This document shows positions 42,593 through 54,498 of a stretch of 64,000 nt of DNA, in pieces. Origin of the DNA: Azolla caroliniana (taxonomy: Eukaryota; Plantae; Polypodiophyta); the NCBI GenBank assembly GCA_043228905.1, contig JBHGNT010000012.1, forward strand, positions 1,860,001 to 1,924,000. Reading direction: 5' to 3'. Position numbers and translations under genes: made by a program. The notes under the pieces are model-generated. The model made no database searches, was not told the DNA's origin, and saw only the letters and a program-made list of their open reading frames with translations. Position 1 is the stretch's first letter. Every line of letters starts with the position of its first letter.

Positions 42593-44736
42593 TGTTACGG
42601 GCATGACCATATAATATCCCGTGGTAAGAATTTACCGTAGTATTCTATACACGTGGATAAGTGTGAGGGTTAAACGAGAGTGTAAAGAAGGGGAGGATTA
42701 CTTTTAATCCTCGGGATTGAGACAACCCATTAGGTCAAGTGTGAACTTGCCTAGGGGCCTTGGGTATCACTATAAATAAGAGGCCTAGCTACCCTCATTT
42801 GATCATCTTTTGACTACATCGAGACTCTGCTCGTGTGGTGGGTCAACTCTTGTAGCGAGCGCGCCAGCACCAAGTACGACTCGACGCCACGGCGGCGGTA
42901 TGGGACGCCGATTGAGGCTCGAGTCCGTCTCGATCCCTTCGCTCGGGGGTGGTCGGGTGGATCGGCACCCTTCTTTCTCTTTCTCCTTTCTATCTTTCAT
43001 TTCTTTATCCTTATCTTAAGCTTACTTTAGTACCTAGATCTATAATATTTGGTATCAGATTTTTGTACTAATGTTTCTTTGTTTTTCATTTGTCTTTTGA
43101 TTGATGCTGATCGATCGTTGTGCGGTTGGCCTTGATCCAGACAACGATCAACAAAGAACTTCGGTAACTCTTTCCACAATTTTTCTTTCTATTCTCTCTT
43201 CTCCCATCTAATCATGTGTTTAGTTTATATGTAATTTTTTTCATTAAGTCAATGATGTTGTAGTGGTCTTTAATTGATTATCTAAAACGTTTACATATGT
43301 GCACGAGGTCAATACCTTGTTTGACATATTAATAATATGTGATGAGTGTCGTATGCGTACGAGGTTAATACCTCAATTACGTAATATGTTCACGAACATA
43401 TGTTACGTTTGCGTATGAGTTTAATACCTTGATTTGTTGTAAACGATATGTGTTTGGTCTCGTATGTGTAAGAGGTCAATACCTCCATTGCGTATTACGA
43501 TGATCTCTTATTTGTGGATGTTTCGTGTGCGTAGAGGTATATACCTCGATTACGTATCTCAATCACATCATTTGTGGCTATTTACTATAACGATATGTTT
43601 AATATAGGCATATGTGGTCACATATATACGTATTTGATCGTATATATGTGATAAGTAAACATATGTGTATATTCGTTATTACGTGATTATATCGAAAGTT
43701 GTCATGGTCGGGAAAAGGATGTTGGTGGCCGTCCTCACATTTTTGTGAGAATGGCGTTGTCACCATCCCTTTTTCAACATTTTTTTATTGTTGATAACCC
43801 CGTTGACGACCTCGATTTCGTTACGTAAAGAAACGCCAATAGCCAAAATGATGTTGAGTACGTAGGGCTTGACCCACTTCAAGTGAGGTCGCTCCAATGA
43901 CGCACGTATCCAACATCCCTCCCTCGTTACATGGATACGATGCCATCATGAGCTCGTTCTTACGAGAGGCATTCGTAATGACGTGACCATGTGATGGCCC
44001 ACGTGAGCCTACTACGAAACAAGGGCTCATTTGGCTTGACCATTAGGTTGCACTTTGGCGTATGCCATCGTAATTACGAGACTTGAGGTTAGGTAACGTA
44101 CCAACATAGTTTTGGTAAATGAGGGCGAAATAAGGACCCTTGACATATATGTTCTTTTAAAAAAAACATATATGATCAATTGCCTCGCATATCTCTTATA
44201 CGCATCAAACATTAAGCATTCGAGAAGAGCAACTTACTTGGTTGGCTCAAGTGTTTAATGTATTTGTTCTCGAGGTCTCGAGTTCAAATTTGACCAAGAC
44301 CATACAACATCCTTGATACATATGACTATAACACATGTTTAGACTTAAGGTCTAAGTGCACCTCGGGGTCCTCGTAATAGGACTTAAAGAGCCGAAACCA
44401 CATATGTGGGCACCGAAATATAGTTTATTATTAACATTTTTTTCGTGTATAAACTATTCATGACGCGAACATACATGGTTGAGCCTCGGGGAGCCACCAT
44501 GAAAAAATCGATATAGAGATCAGGGAAAGACATTTATTTGTCACCCCCATGGTTTTTAAAACACCTTTGTGTTACCATAGTAATCTGATCTTGAACCTCA
44601 TCTCATACGTCTAGAGGGGTATTGACGTGAGATAATGATATCGATTAATGCTCGCTCATGATATGCTTACATCACGACATGATGTTATGACTATATCTCT
44701 GACCTTATCCTATTTCTTTTCCAGAAATAATTTTTA

Positions 44737-47700
44737 ATGGCTCAAATTAACGACCCGATGTCATCCGCTCAAGCGGAAGGAACTCAAGGGAATCCTCCTG
44801 GACAAATGTCCACTGAGATGTATTTGGCACAAATAACCCAATACCTTAGTTTCACCGCTCAACAGATGACCGAACTTCGGCAATCTCAGAGTGCTCTTGA
44901 GGCACGTGTCATTAGTCTACAACGTGAGACTAATAGACCTGATGAGCGACAAGGTGAACCATCATTTGTTGTTAAGCCATTTACGGGAGACAAAAAGGAA
45001 AGAACCGAAGAAGCAATCTGCACATGGCTAGGACGATGGGAGTCTCATTTTGAGCTCTATCCCACGCCAGATAGTACGAAGATTGCATATGTCGGCCGAG
45101 AACTCGGGGGTAAGGCCGCCGCCTGGTGGCGTGGCCTCCGTACTATGGGGAAATTGCCCGATACCTGGACAGATTTTGTCACGGTTTTTAAGGGCCAATT
45201 TCTGCAACCTCCCTCTCGAACCGAGGCAGCACAAGCTTTAATGAACCTCTCTAGCAGGAAATTTTCCTCGCTAGAAGACTATGTTCACCATGCTAGAACC
45301 CAAATCCAAAAATCGGGTCTAGAAGGGGACAATTGGTTGATAGCTTGTTTTGTCAATGGCATCCCCAATTCGGACTATCACTGGATAGTGCACGAAAAGG
45401 ATCCAAAATCCTTCGAAGAGGCCGTTGAAATAGTTCTTCGCTATCAACACACTTCGAAGAAGGACCATAACAAACCCAACGAAGCGTCCGGGACTAAGCA
45501 ATCGCAATTTGTTGGGAAACGCAAGACACCCAACGAATTCCTGGATCGCGATTGTAAGCGACAACATCCTTTTTGTGTATTCTGCAAAAAGAAGGGTCAT
45601 ACAAAAGATCAATGTCGAAAGCTCCAACGGAAAGAGCACGACAACAAAGCTAAAGCTGCAGACCATAAAGGTCAGATTCCTAATGTCCTTCAGGTCTATA
45701 CACATCATTTAAGTAATTGTCAATGTTCTTTCCCTCACTATGTATTGGGTCCCAATGATTTACTACGTGCAAACGGGTATATCAATGGATCTCCCGTACA
45801 ATTTTTATTTGATTCGGGAAGCTCACACAATTTTGTGAATGATCGTTTGGTTCAGATATGGGGAATCCAACCCACCGTAAGTGATCACACCTACACGGTA
45901 CACTTGGCTGATGGAAGAGTACAATACATCAACGAGGCGATTCATTCATTAGGAATTTCTATTGATACTTATATAGAGGAAGTAGACTTCCATGTAATGA
46001 ATCTTTGTACCACCGATGTAATACTGGGTTATCCCTGGTTTTATAATAAAAACTCTTCTTTATTGATTGATTGGGTTCGTCATTCCATTTCTTTTGTACT
46101 GAACGATTGTACGCATTTTATTCAATGTGTAAAAAAACAATCCCTCTCGATTGTTTCCTCGTGTCCATCAATATCCGAGTTGTCTTGTTCTACGTTATTT
46201 TATTGTGTACTTGATCCGGACATTCACGTTTACAATATCGATAATGTCCCGATTCAATTAACATATTTTGAACAACAACAACTTGATGAAATCTTAAATG
46301 ATTTTCATGATGTTTTTCCAAGTGAACTACCTAATGGGTTACCTCCTAAACGTAATATAGACCATCGTATAGATATTGTACCTGGTGTTGCACCAATAAG
46401 TATACCTCCGTATCGCTTAAGTCGATCCGAAGAAGATGAGGTATCTAAGCAACTCAAGGACTATTTACGAATGGGTTATATACGTTATAGTAAATCTCCA
46501 TGGGGTGCACCAGTTCTCTTGGTTAAAAAGAAAGAGGGCACATGGCGTATGTGTATTAATTACCGACGCTTGAATAAAGTGACGATCAAGAATTCGTATC
46601 CATTGCCCCGGGCTGACGATCTAATTGACCGTCTCCAGGGAGCTCGGTATTTTACAAAACTTGATCTCCGGACTGGCTACCATCAAATACGAATAAGTGA
46701 GGACGATGTTCCTAAAACGGCATTTCATACGCGCTATGGCCATTACGAGTTTTTGGTTATGCCTTTTGGTTTGACCAATGCTCCGGCTACTTTTCAACAA
46801 GAAATGAATGACATTTTCCGAGAACAACTTGGAAAATTTGTCGTTATTTTCTTGGATGATATTTTAGTTTATAGCCGTACATTACAAGAACATGCTAGAC
46901 CTGTCCGCTTTGTTTTACAAACATTGCGTGACAAACAGTTTTATGCGAAGATCTCAAAATGTGAGTTCTTCAAGAAATCAATTACTTATCTAGGACATCT
47001 CATAACCGAACAAGGAGTTGAAATTGATCCTTCTCGCATTGAGAAAATCAAGCTTTGGCCCACTCTTCGGAATATTCGAGAAGTTCGATCATTCCTTGGT
47101 TTTGTGGGGTTTTTGCGAAAGTCTCTTCGTAATTACTCCCAATTGACGACGCCGTTTACTGATCTTTTAAAAGGTCAAACGCGTAAGTCTACAAAACCTA
47201 TTGTGTGGAATGCTACACTAGACCTTGCCTTTAAGGAACTCAAGGACCTGGTTTGCAAGGCTCCTTCACTTCTTTTACCCGATCCTTCAAAACCTTTTGA
47301 GGTTGAAACCGATGCAAGCGATTATGCTATAGGTGTTGTCTTGTATCAAGATGGTAAACCAATAGCATTCAAGAGTAAGAAACTTGATTCTGCTCAATGT
47401 CGGTATACCGTTCAAGAAAAGGAATTATTTGCAGTTATACATGCGCTCAAAACATGGCGCCATTATCTTTATGGAAATCACTTTGTGGTAACTACGGACC
47501 ACGAGTCCTTGAAATATTTTTGTGACCAACAAGACCTGAAAGGTCGTAAGGCACGATGGGCTGATCTCATCCAGGACTTTGATTTTTCCATACGATATCG
47601 TAAAGGTTCCATGAACACTGTCGCTGATGCACTAAGTCGCATCCGTGAAGTTAACATGCTTAGCTTCACTGCAATATCATCAGATCTTTATGATCACCTT

Positions 47701-48884
47701 CGAGGAAAGTATCTTGATGACAGTTATTTCGCAAAATACTGGGCAAGAGTTGAGTCTGGAACAGACACCACCACATCCTCGAAGGAATACTTCCACATTG
47801 CTAACGGTTTGCTCTACCGTAATGGGAAGGTTTGTGTTCCAAATTTACCCGAGGTTAAAAAGAGGATTCTTTTTGAATGCCATGATGCACCCTCAGCAGG
47901 GCACCCTGGAATACATCGTACACTCGTTCTCATCTCCACTCAATTTTATTGGCCTAAGATGCGTCCTGACATACATAGCTATGTGACTAAATGTCACCAG
48001 TGTCAGGTTAACAAAGCCGAGCGACTTAAGGCCGCAGGACTTTTACATCCCTTGGACATTCCCAATAATAAGTGGGAAAGTATATCCATGGATTTTATTG
48101 TTAGCCTTCCTCGCACCCAAAAAGGTCATGATGCCATCTGGGTTGTCGTCGATCGACTAACTAAAATTGCCAGATTTATTGCTACTAAAACCACGGTAAC
48201 AGCTCCTGAATTGGCTTACCAATTTGTTGACGAATTGTTTCGTTTTTATGGGTTACCGATGGATATCGTGAGTGATCGAGATCTAAAGTTTACTAGTGAC
48301 TTCTGGACACAAGTCTTTAAGAAGTTAGAAACTACGTTGAACATGAGCTCCATGAATCATCCTCAATCCGATGGACAGACAGAACGAGTAAATCAAATTA
48401 TTGAGGACATGCTTCGAGCATACGTTGGTGCAAAACCAACAAAATGGGAACGTTATCTCCCAATTTTGGAGTTTGCTTATAACAACTCCAAGCATACGTC
48501 GACAGGATATAGTCCTTTTATGTTGATGTATGGTTTTCAGCCACGAGCCCCGATTGATGTTAATATACATCATGATGAGTTGCGAAGTACGCAAAACTTT
48601 CTTCGGGATATGCAAGATATGTTGCATATTGCACGAGATAATATAAAAACAGCTCAAGATAGAGCGCGTTTTTATGCCGATCATCATAGGCAACCTCGTG
48701 TATTCAACCTTGGACAAAAGGTATTTTTACGTGTACCTCACAATTCTAAGACATTGTCTACGGGTAAGTGCGCTAAGTTAGCCCCACGGTTTTGTGGACC
48801 TTTTACAGTCCTCAAACGCATTGGGTCATCAGCCTATCGTCTCGCTCTTCCCGATGGTGTCGGAATTCATCCAGTCTTTCATGT
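44737..48884 (+). CDS. Gypsy gag-pol polyprotein, 5' part (gag, zinc knuckle, protease, RT, RNase H, integrase), interrupted by the nested Copia
   Basis: Stop-free ORF with [46 protein letters not shown] zinc finger, [19 protein letters not shown] and GPF..HPVFHV. Confidence 0.95.
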
Positions 48885-51800
48885 TGTTGGGATTACGGTC
48901 CCTCCGGATGGGATGGTCGGATGTCCGGAGATGAATGACGACAAGCCCGGTTGCGGTTTTGGAACCGGATGATGAAGACCCCGACTTCGGAGCCGGACGA
49001 CGAATGTACCCAGAGAGAGATCCGGATGCGGGGACATATCTGTGAATATGTTTGCCAAGGGCCCTTGAGGCTATAGTTGTAAATAGCCCTAAAGTCATAT
49101 GTGTATAAATATGACTTAGGGCAAACAGTTTTGATGTTGCTACTCATTTTTCTGTTTTTCCACTCAAGAGGAGTGAAGAGAGAGCAGCCGTGAGAGAGAT
49201 AGAGCGTGAGAGACGAAGAGGTCGACGCCTCTGTGTAATTCCGCCGCCTGTGGCGAGGACAGCGAGCTCAAGGTCGTCGCCTTGCAGCTCGCCATTGTAT
49301 ATTTCTCTGTGCATAGTTTTGGTTCGGAGTCTTGTACTCCCGTGGTTTTTTCCCGTACAGGGTTTTCCACGTTAAATCGTGTGTCCACTTATTTACTTTT
49401 GCATTACCCATTTTCTGCAACAACGATTCGTGTGTTTCCTTGGTTGTGGCCGAGAGGTGAAGTTTGGAAAGTGTCGATTATTTCCATCAATTTGGTATCA
49501 GAGCGAGCTGCTGCAGAAAATGGAAGGCGGCGGCAGCGGGCAGCCGGGGATGATGGTGCTGAATGCGCAGAATTACGCCGACTGGAAGATCAAGATGGAG
49601 GATCTTCTGATTGTTCGGGACCTGTACGAACCGATTGACAGGTCGGAAATACCGAAGGGGGTACTTGAGTCGGAATGGAGGCTTCTGAACCGGAAAGCCG
49701 TTGCAACCATTCGGCAATACGTCGACGTGAGCGTTCTACAACATGTGGCGAACGACATCAACGCATATGAGATGTGGCGGAAGTTGTCGGGCCTCTACGA
49801 GAGGAAGAATGTGTTGAACCGGACCTCCCTGATGAGGAAGATAGTGAACCTCAAGTACCGGGACGGCGAGAGTATGGTGGAACACGTAAGCACGTTAATG
49901 GGATTCGTGAACCAGCTTGCGGCGATCAAGTTCCCGCTGGAGGATGCAATGCAAGCCATCATTCTGATGTGTACATTGCCGGAAAGCTGGGAGAACTTGG
50001 TGGTGACTCTCAGCACCTCCTGCACGGAAGATAACTTGTCCCTACAAACGGTAAAGACAAGTATTTTGAACGAAGAAGCGCGTCGGAGAGATAAAGAACC
50101 GGCCTCCGACTCGAAGGCGCTGCTTACCGAATCGGAACGGGGAAGACAATGGAACCGGAGTCCGCAAAGACGGGAGAAGTCGGGGACCCGGTCGCAGTCA
50201 AGAGGAAGACCCACATGCTTCCACTGTGGGAAGCCGGGGCACTTCCGGAAGAATTGTCGGCATTACCGAAAGGACAACGGAGCCGACGACACCGATTCGA
50301 AGAAGTCACCGGAGAGAAACGGTGCATACCGGGGAGCCACGGACCGGAGAGGTCCGGATCGGCGAGGGCAGGACCGGAAAGGAACGACGGCACTCGCGGC
50401 AAGTGAAGAAGAGATAATGCTCATTACCGAAGAGAGGGAGTTGAACCTTGCCGGTGAAGAGATGACCTGGGTGGTCGATTCCGGAGCGTCATTCCACCTA
50501 ACCCCGGAGAAGAAATACTTCTCATCCTACATAGCCGGTGAGCACGGCTGTGTCCGGATGGGAAATGAAGGTACATGCCGGATTGCCGGCATAGGAGACG
50601 TGTGGCTAATGACATCAACCGGATGCAAGATGCTGCTGAAGGATGTTCGACACGTTCCGGAGGTTCGATTGAACCTGATTTCGGCCGGGAGGCTAGACGA
50701 TGAAGGCTACACGGGTAGCATCCGGAACGGTGTCATGAAGTTCAGCAAAGGGAGCCTGATAGTGGCTCGGGCCCGGAAGGTCAACACACTGTACCTGATG
50801 AATTCCCGGCTATGTCCGGAGGAGCTGAACGTGGCAGCTGACACTGCCGGTGAGCTGTGGCACAAGAGACTGTGCCACATGAGTGAGAAGGGGATGAAGA
50901 GGCTTGCAGAAGACAACCTTATTCCAGTGAAGCATGTGCACCTGGAGAAGTGCACCGATTGCCTGGCCGGTAAGCAGAACCGAACCTCCTTCCACTCAAG
51001 GCCACCGACGAGACGTAGCGCACCATTGGAGTTGGTGCACACTGATGTGTGTCAGGTAGAAACGAAGTCACATGGCGGAGCCCAGTACTTCGTAACATTC
51101 ATTGATGATCACAGCCGGAAGCTGTGGACGGCACCGTTGAAGACAAAGGACCAAGTGTTGTGCGTCTTCAAAAAACTCCACGCGAGAGTGGAAAGGGAAT
51201 CCGGCAAGAAGCTGAAAGCGATACGAGCAGATAACGGAGGGGAATACCGGGGGCAGTTCGCGGAGTACTGTCGCTCGAAGGGAATCCGGCTCGAGTTTAC
51301 TGTGCCGAAGACACCGGAACTGAACGGGCTGGCCGAGAGGATGAACCGGACCATAATGGAGAGGGTCCGGAGTATGCTGGCGCATGCGGAATTACCCAAG
51401 GGGTTTTGGGCTGAGGCGATGTCAATGGCGACATACGTGATAAACAGATCACCCTCAGTACCTTTGGACGGAGACACGCCGCAGAGAGTGTGGACCGGTA
51501 GGGAAGTATCCTACCGGCATCTGAAGGTGTTCGGGTGTCTCGCATACGTGCATGTGGCAAAGGACCGGAGAGGAAAGCTAGATCCAAAGACCCGGCCATG
51601 CATATTCCTCGGTTACGGCGATGACGAGTTCGGCTACCGAGTATGGGACCCGGTCGACAAGAAGATATTCCGGAGTCGTGATATCATCTTCATGGAGAAC
51701 AAGACACTCGCCGACTGGGAGTCGGAGAAGAAGATGAAGAGCTCCAAGTCGACCGGTGAGGATAAACTCTACAAGGAGCAGTCCCGACCGGCAAGGGACC

Positions 51801-54207
51801 GGTTAACACTCGAAGATCCGGCCGAAGACGGTGAAGAAACAGAACTGGCCGAAGAAGATGAAAATGATACCGGAACCGGCCCCGATCCCGAAATGGATTC
51901 GGATGAAGAAGAATCGGAAGAACCGGTTACCGAAGCTCCGGAACGGAGATATCCTCTAAGAGAGAGAAGGGCTCCCCGGAGATTTCCGGAACCAGAGCAC
52001 GTGCTGCTAACCGACGAGGGGGAGCCGGAGAGCTTTGAAGAAGCGAAGCATGACACCCATAGCCGCAGGTGGTTAAGTGCCATGCAGGAGGAGATGGATT
52101 CCCTGCATGAGAACCACACATATGAACTTGTGGAGTTGCCGAAAGGAAAGCGGGCACTTCGAAACAAGTGGGTGTTCAAGCTGAAACCGGGAGATGTCGA
52201 AACCCCCCAAGATACAAAGCCAGGATCGTAGTGAAGGGGTTCCAGCAGAAGAAGGGCGTCGACTTCGACGAGATATTTGCCCCGGTAGTGAAGATGACCT
52301 CCATCCGGACGGTGCTGAGCATAGCGGCAAGCGTGGACCTCGAGGTAGAACAGATGGACGTGAAGACGACATTCCTTCACGGTGACCTCGAAGAAGAGAT
52401 CTACATGCAGCAACCGGAAGGATTCGAGAAGAAAGGGAAGGAGCACCTGGTATGCCGGTTGAAGAAGAGCCTTTACGGACTGAAGCAGGCTCCCCGGCAA
52501 TGGTACCGGAAGTTCGACTCTTTCATGACCGACGAAGGGTACCACAAAACGCAGTCTGATCACTGCGTGTTTGTGAAGAAGTTCGAAGGAGGAGACTTTC
52601 TAACACTCCTCCTGTACGTGGACGACATGTTGATCGTCGGACGGGACCAGGTCAAGATACGGATGCTGAAGAAAGCGCTTCACCGAACCTTCTCAATGAA
52701 GGACCTGGGTCCGGCGAGGCAAATACTAGGGATGCACATCATCCGGGACCGGAAGAAGAAGCAGTTGTGGCTGTCACAGGAGAAGTACGTGACAAAGGTG
52801 CTTCACCGGTTCAACATGTCGGAAGCAAGACCGGTCGGGTCACCCCTCCCGGCAAACTGCAAGTTGTCTAGCAAGCAAAGCCCCAAGACAAAGGCAGAGA
52901 AGGAGGACATGATGAAAGTACCATATGCCTCTGCCGTCGGGAGCTTGATGTACGCAATGGTGTGTACCCGACCGGACATAGGATATGCAGTCGGAGTGGT
53001 GAGCCGGTACATGAGCAATCCCGGCAAAGAGCATTGGAACGCGGCCAAGTGGATACTCCGATACCTGAAGGGCACGGCAAACGTGTGCCTCCAATTCGGC
53101 TCCGGTAAGCCCGAACTCGACGGCTTCACCGATTCGGATATGTCGGCTGATGCAGATACCAGCCGGTCCACATCAGGGTATGTGATGACGTATGCAGGGG
53201 GAGCTGTTTCATGGCAGTCGAGGCTGCAGAAGACGGTTGCGTTGTCAACCACGGAGGCGGAGTACATGGCGGCTGTTGAAGCCGGCAAGGAAATAATATG
53301 GATGAAGGACTTCATTAGAGAGCTCGGTATCCGGCAGGAGGAGTACCGACTCTACTGCGACAGTCAGAGTGCAATCCACCTTGCGAAGAACGCGGCCTAT
53401 CACTCCCGGACGAAGCACATCCAGCGAAGATATCACTGGATCCGGGAAAGGATAGAAGACAAGGAGTTCGTGCTGACGAAGATCCACACGGACGAGAACG
53501 GGTCGGATATGCTGACCAAGGTGCTCACACCCGACAAGCTGGAAGCATGCCGGAAGAGGATCGGATTGGAGAGACATCCCATGCCGAAGTGAAGGGGGAG
53601 TTTGTTGGGATTACGGTCCCTCCGGATGGGATGGTCGGATGTCCGGAGATGAATGACGACAAGCCCGGTTGCGGTTTCGGAACCGGATGATGAAGACCCC
53701 GACTTCGGAGCCGGACGACGAATGTACCCAGAGAGAGATCCGGATGCGGGGACATATCTGTGAATATGTTTGCCAAGGGCCCTTGAGGCTATAGTTGTAA
53801 ATAGCCCTAAAGTCATATGTGTATAAATATGACTTAGGGCAAACAATTTTGATGTTGCTACTCATTTTTCTGTTTTTCCACTCAAGAGGAGTGAAGAGAG
53901 AGCAGCCGTGAGAGAGATAGAGCGTGAGAGACGAAGAGGTCGACGCCTCTGTGTAATTCTGCCGCCTGTGGCGAGGACAGCGAGCTCAAGGTCGTCGCCT
54001 TGCAGCTCGCCATTGTATATTTCTCTGTGCATAGTTTTGGTTCGGAGTCTTGTACTCCCGTGGTTTTTTCCCGTACAGGGTTTTCCACGTTAAATCGTGT
54101 GTCCACTTATTTACTTTTGCATTACCCATTTTCTGCAACAACGATTCGTGTGTTTCCTTGGTTGTGGCCGAGAGGTGAAGTTTGGAAAGTGTCGATTATT
54201 TCCATCA
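48885..54207 (+). mobile_element. Very young Ty1/Copia LTR retrotransposon nested in the Gypsy integrase
   Basis: 605-bp LTRs 48885-49489 and 53603-54207 (TG...CA; three differences seen), TSD CATGT, PBS TGGTATCAGAGC at 49493, PPT GAAGGGGGAG. Confidence 0.98.
49520..53592 (+). CDS. Copia gag-pol polyprotein with one frameshift near 52200
   Basis: MEGGGSG...NYADWKIKMEDLL, CFHCGKPGHFRKNC, WVVDSGASFH, LVHTDVC, RADNGGEY. The frame switches to PPRYKARIVVKG, then LYVDDMLI and RNase H, ending at the 53592 stop. Confidence 0.93.
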
Positions 54208-54212
54208 CATGT

Positions 54213-54498
54213 GAGTCGTCTAAAAGAACTTCTAGGTTCTGGCGACAATACAGTTACGACTGAAACTCTGGTGACTTCTGAAGAATTATCTTCTAAACCA
54301 CATGTACCAGAAAGAATTCTCGATGTTAAAACAAAAAAATTACGTACTAAAGAAATCCGAGAATTTAAAATAAAATGGATGGATAAATCAATAAAAGATG
54401 CCACATGGGAACGCAAAAATACTCTTAGAACTAACTTCCCTAACTTTCCATTGCAAGAGTGCAATGTTTTAAAGAGGGGGAGTATGTTACGGGCATGA
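54213..54498 (+). CDS. Gypsy pol C-terminus with chromodomain (continues 44737-48884)
   Basis: (HV)SRLKELL...PERILDVKTKKLRTKEIREFKIKWMDKSIKDATWE...NFPNF. It rejoins HPVFHV once the Copia and one TSD copy are removed. Confidence 0.9.

Noticed and set aside
43290-43560. True CRISPR array
   Set aside because: Eukaryotic retrotransposon context, no cas genes, degenerate repeats and short spacers. Kept only as an array-like finding.
49487-53865. Many antisense and overlapping ORFs in the Copia elements (also 19600-24100)
   Set aside because: Expected shadows of GC-rich gag-pol coding sequence; no independent motifs.
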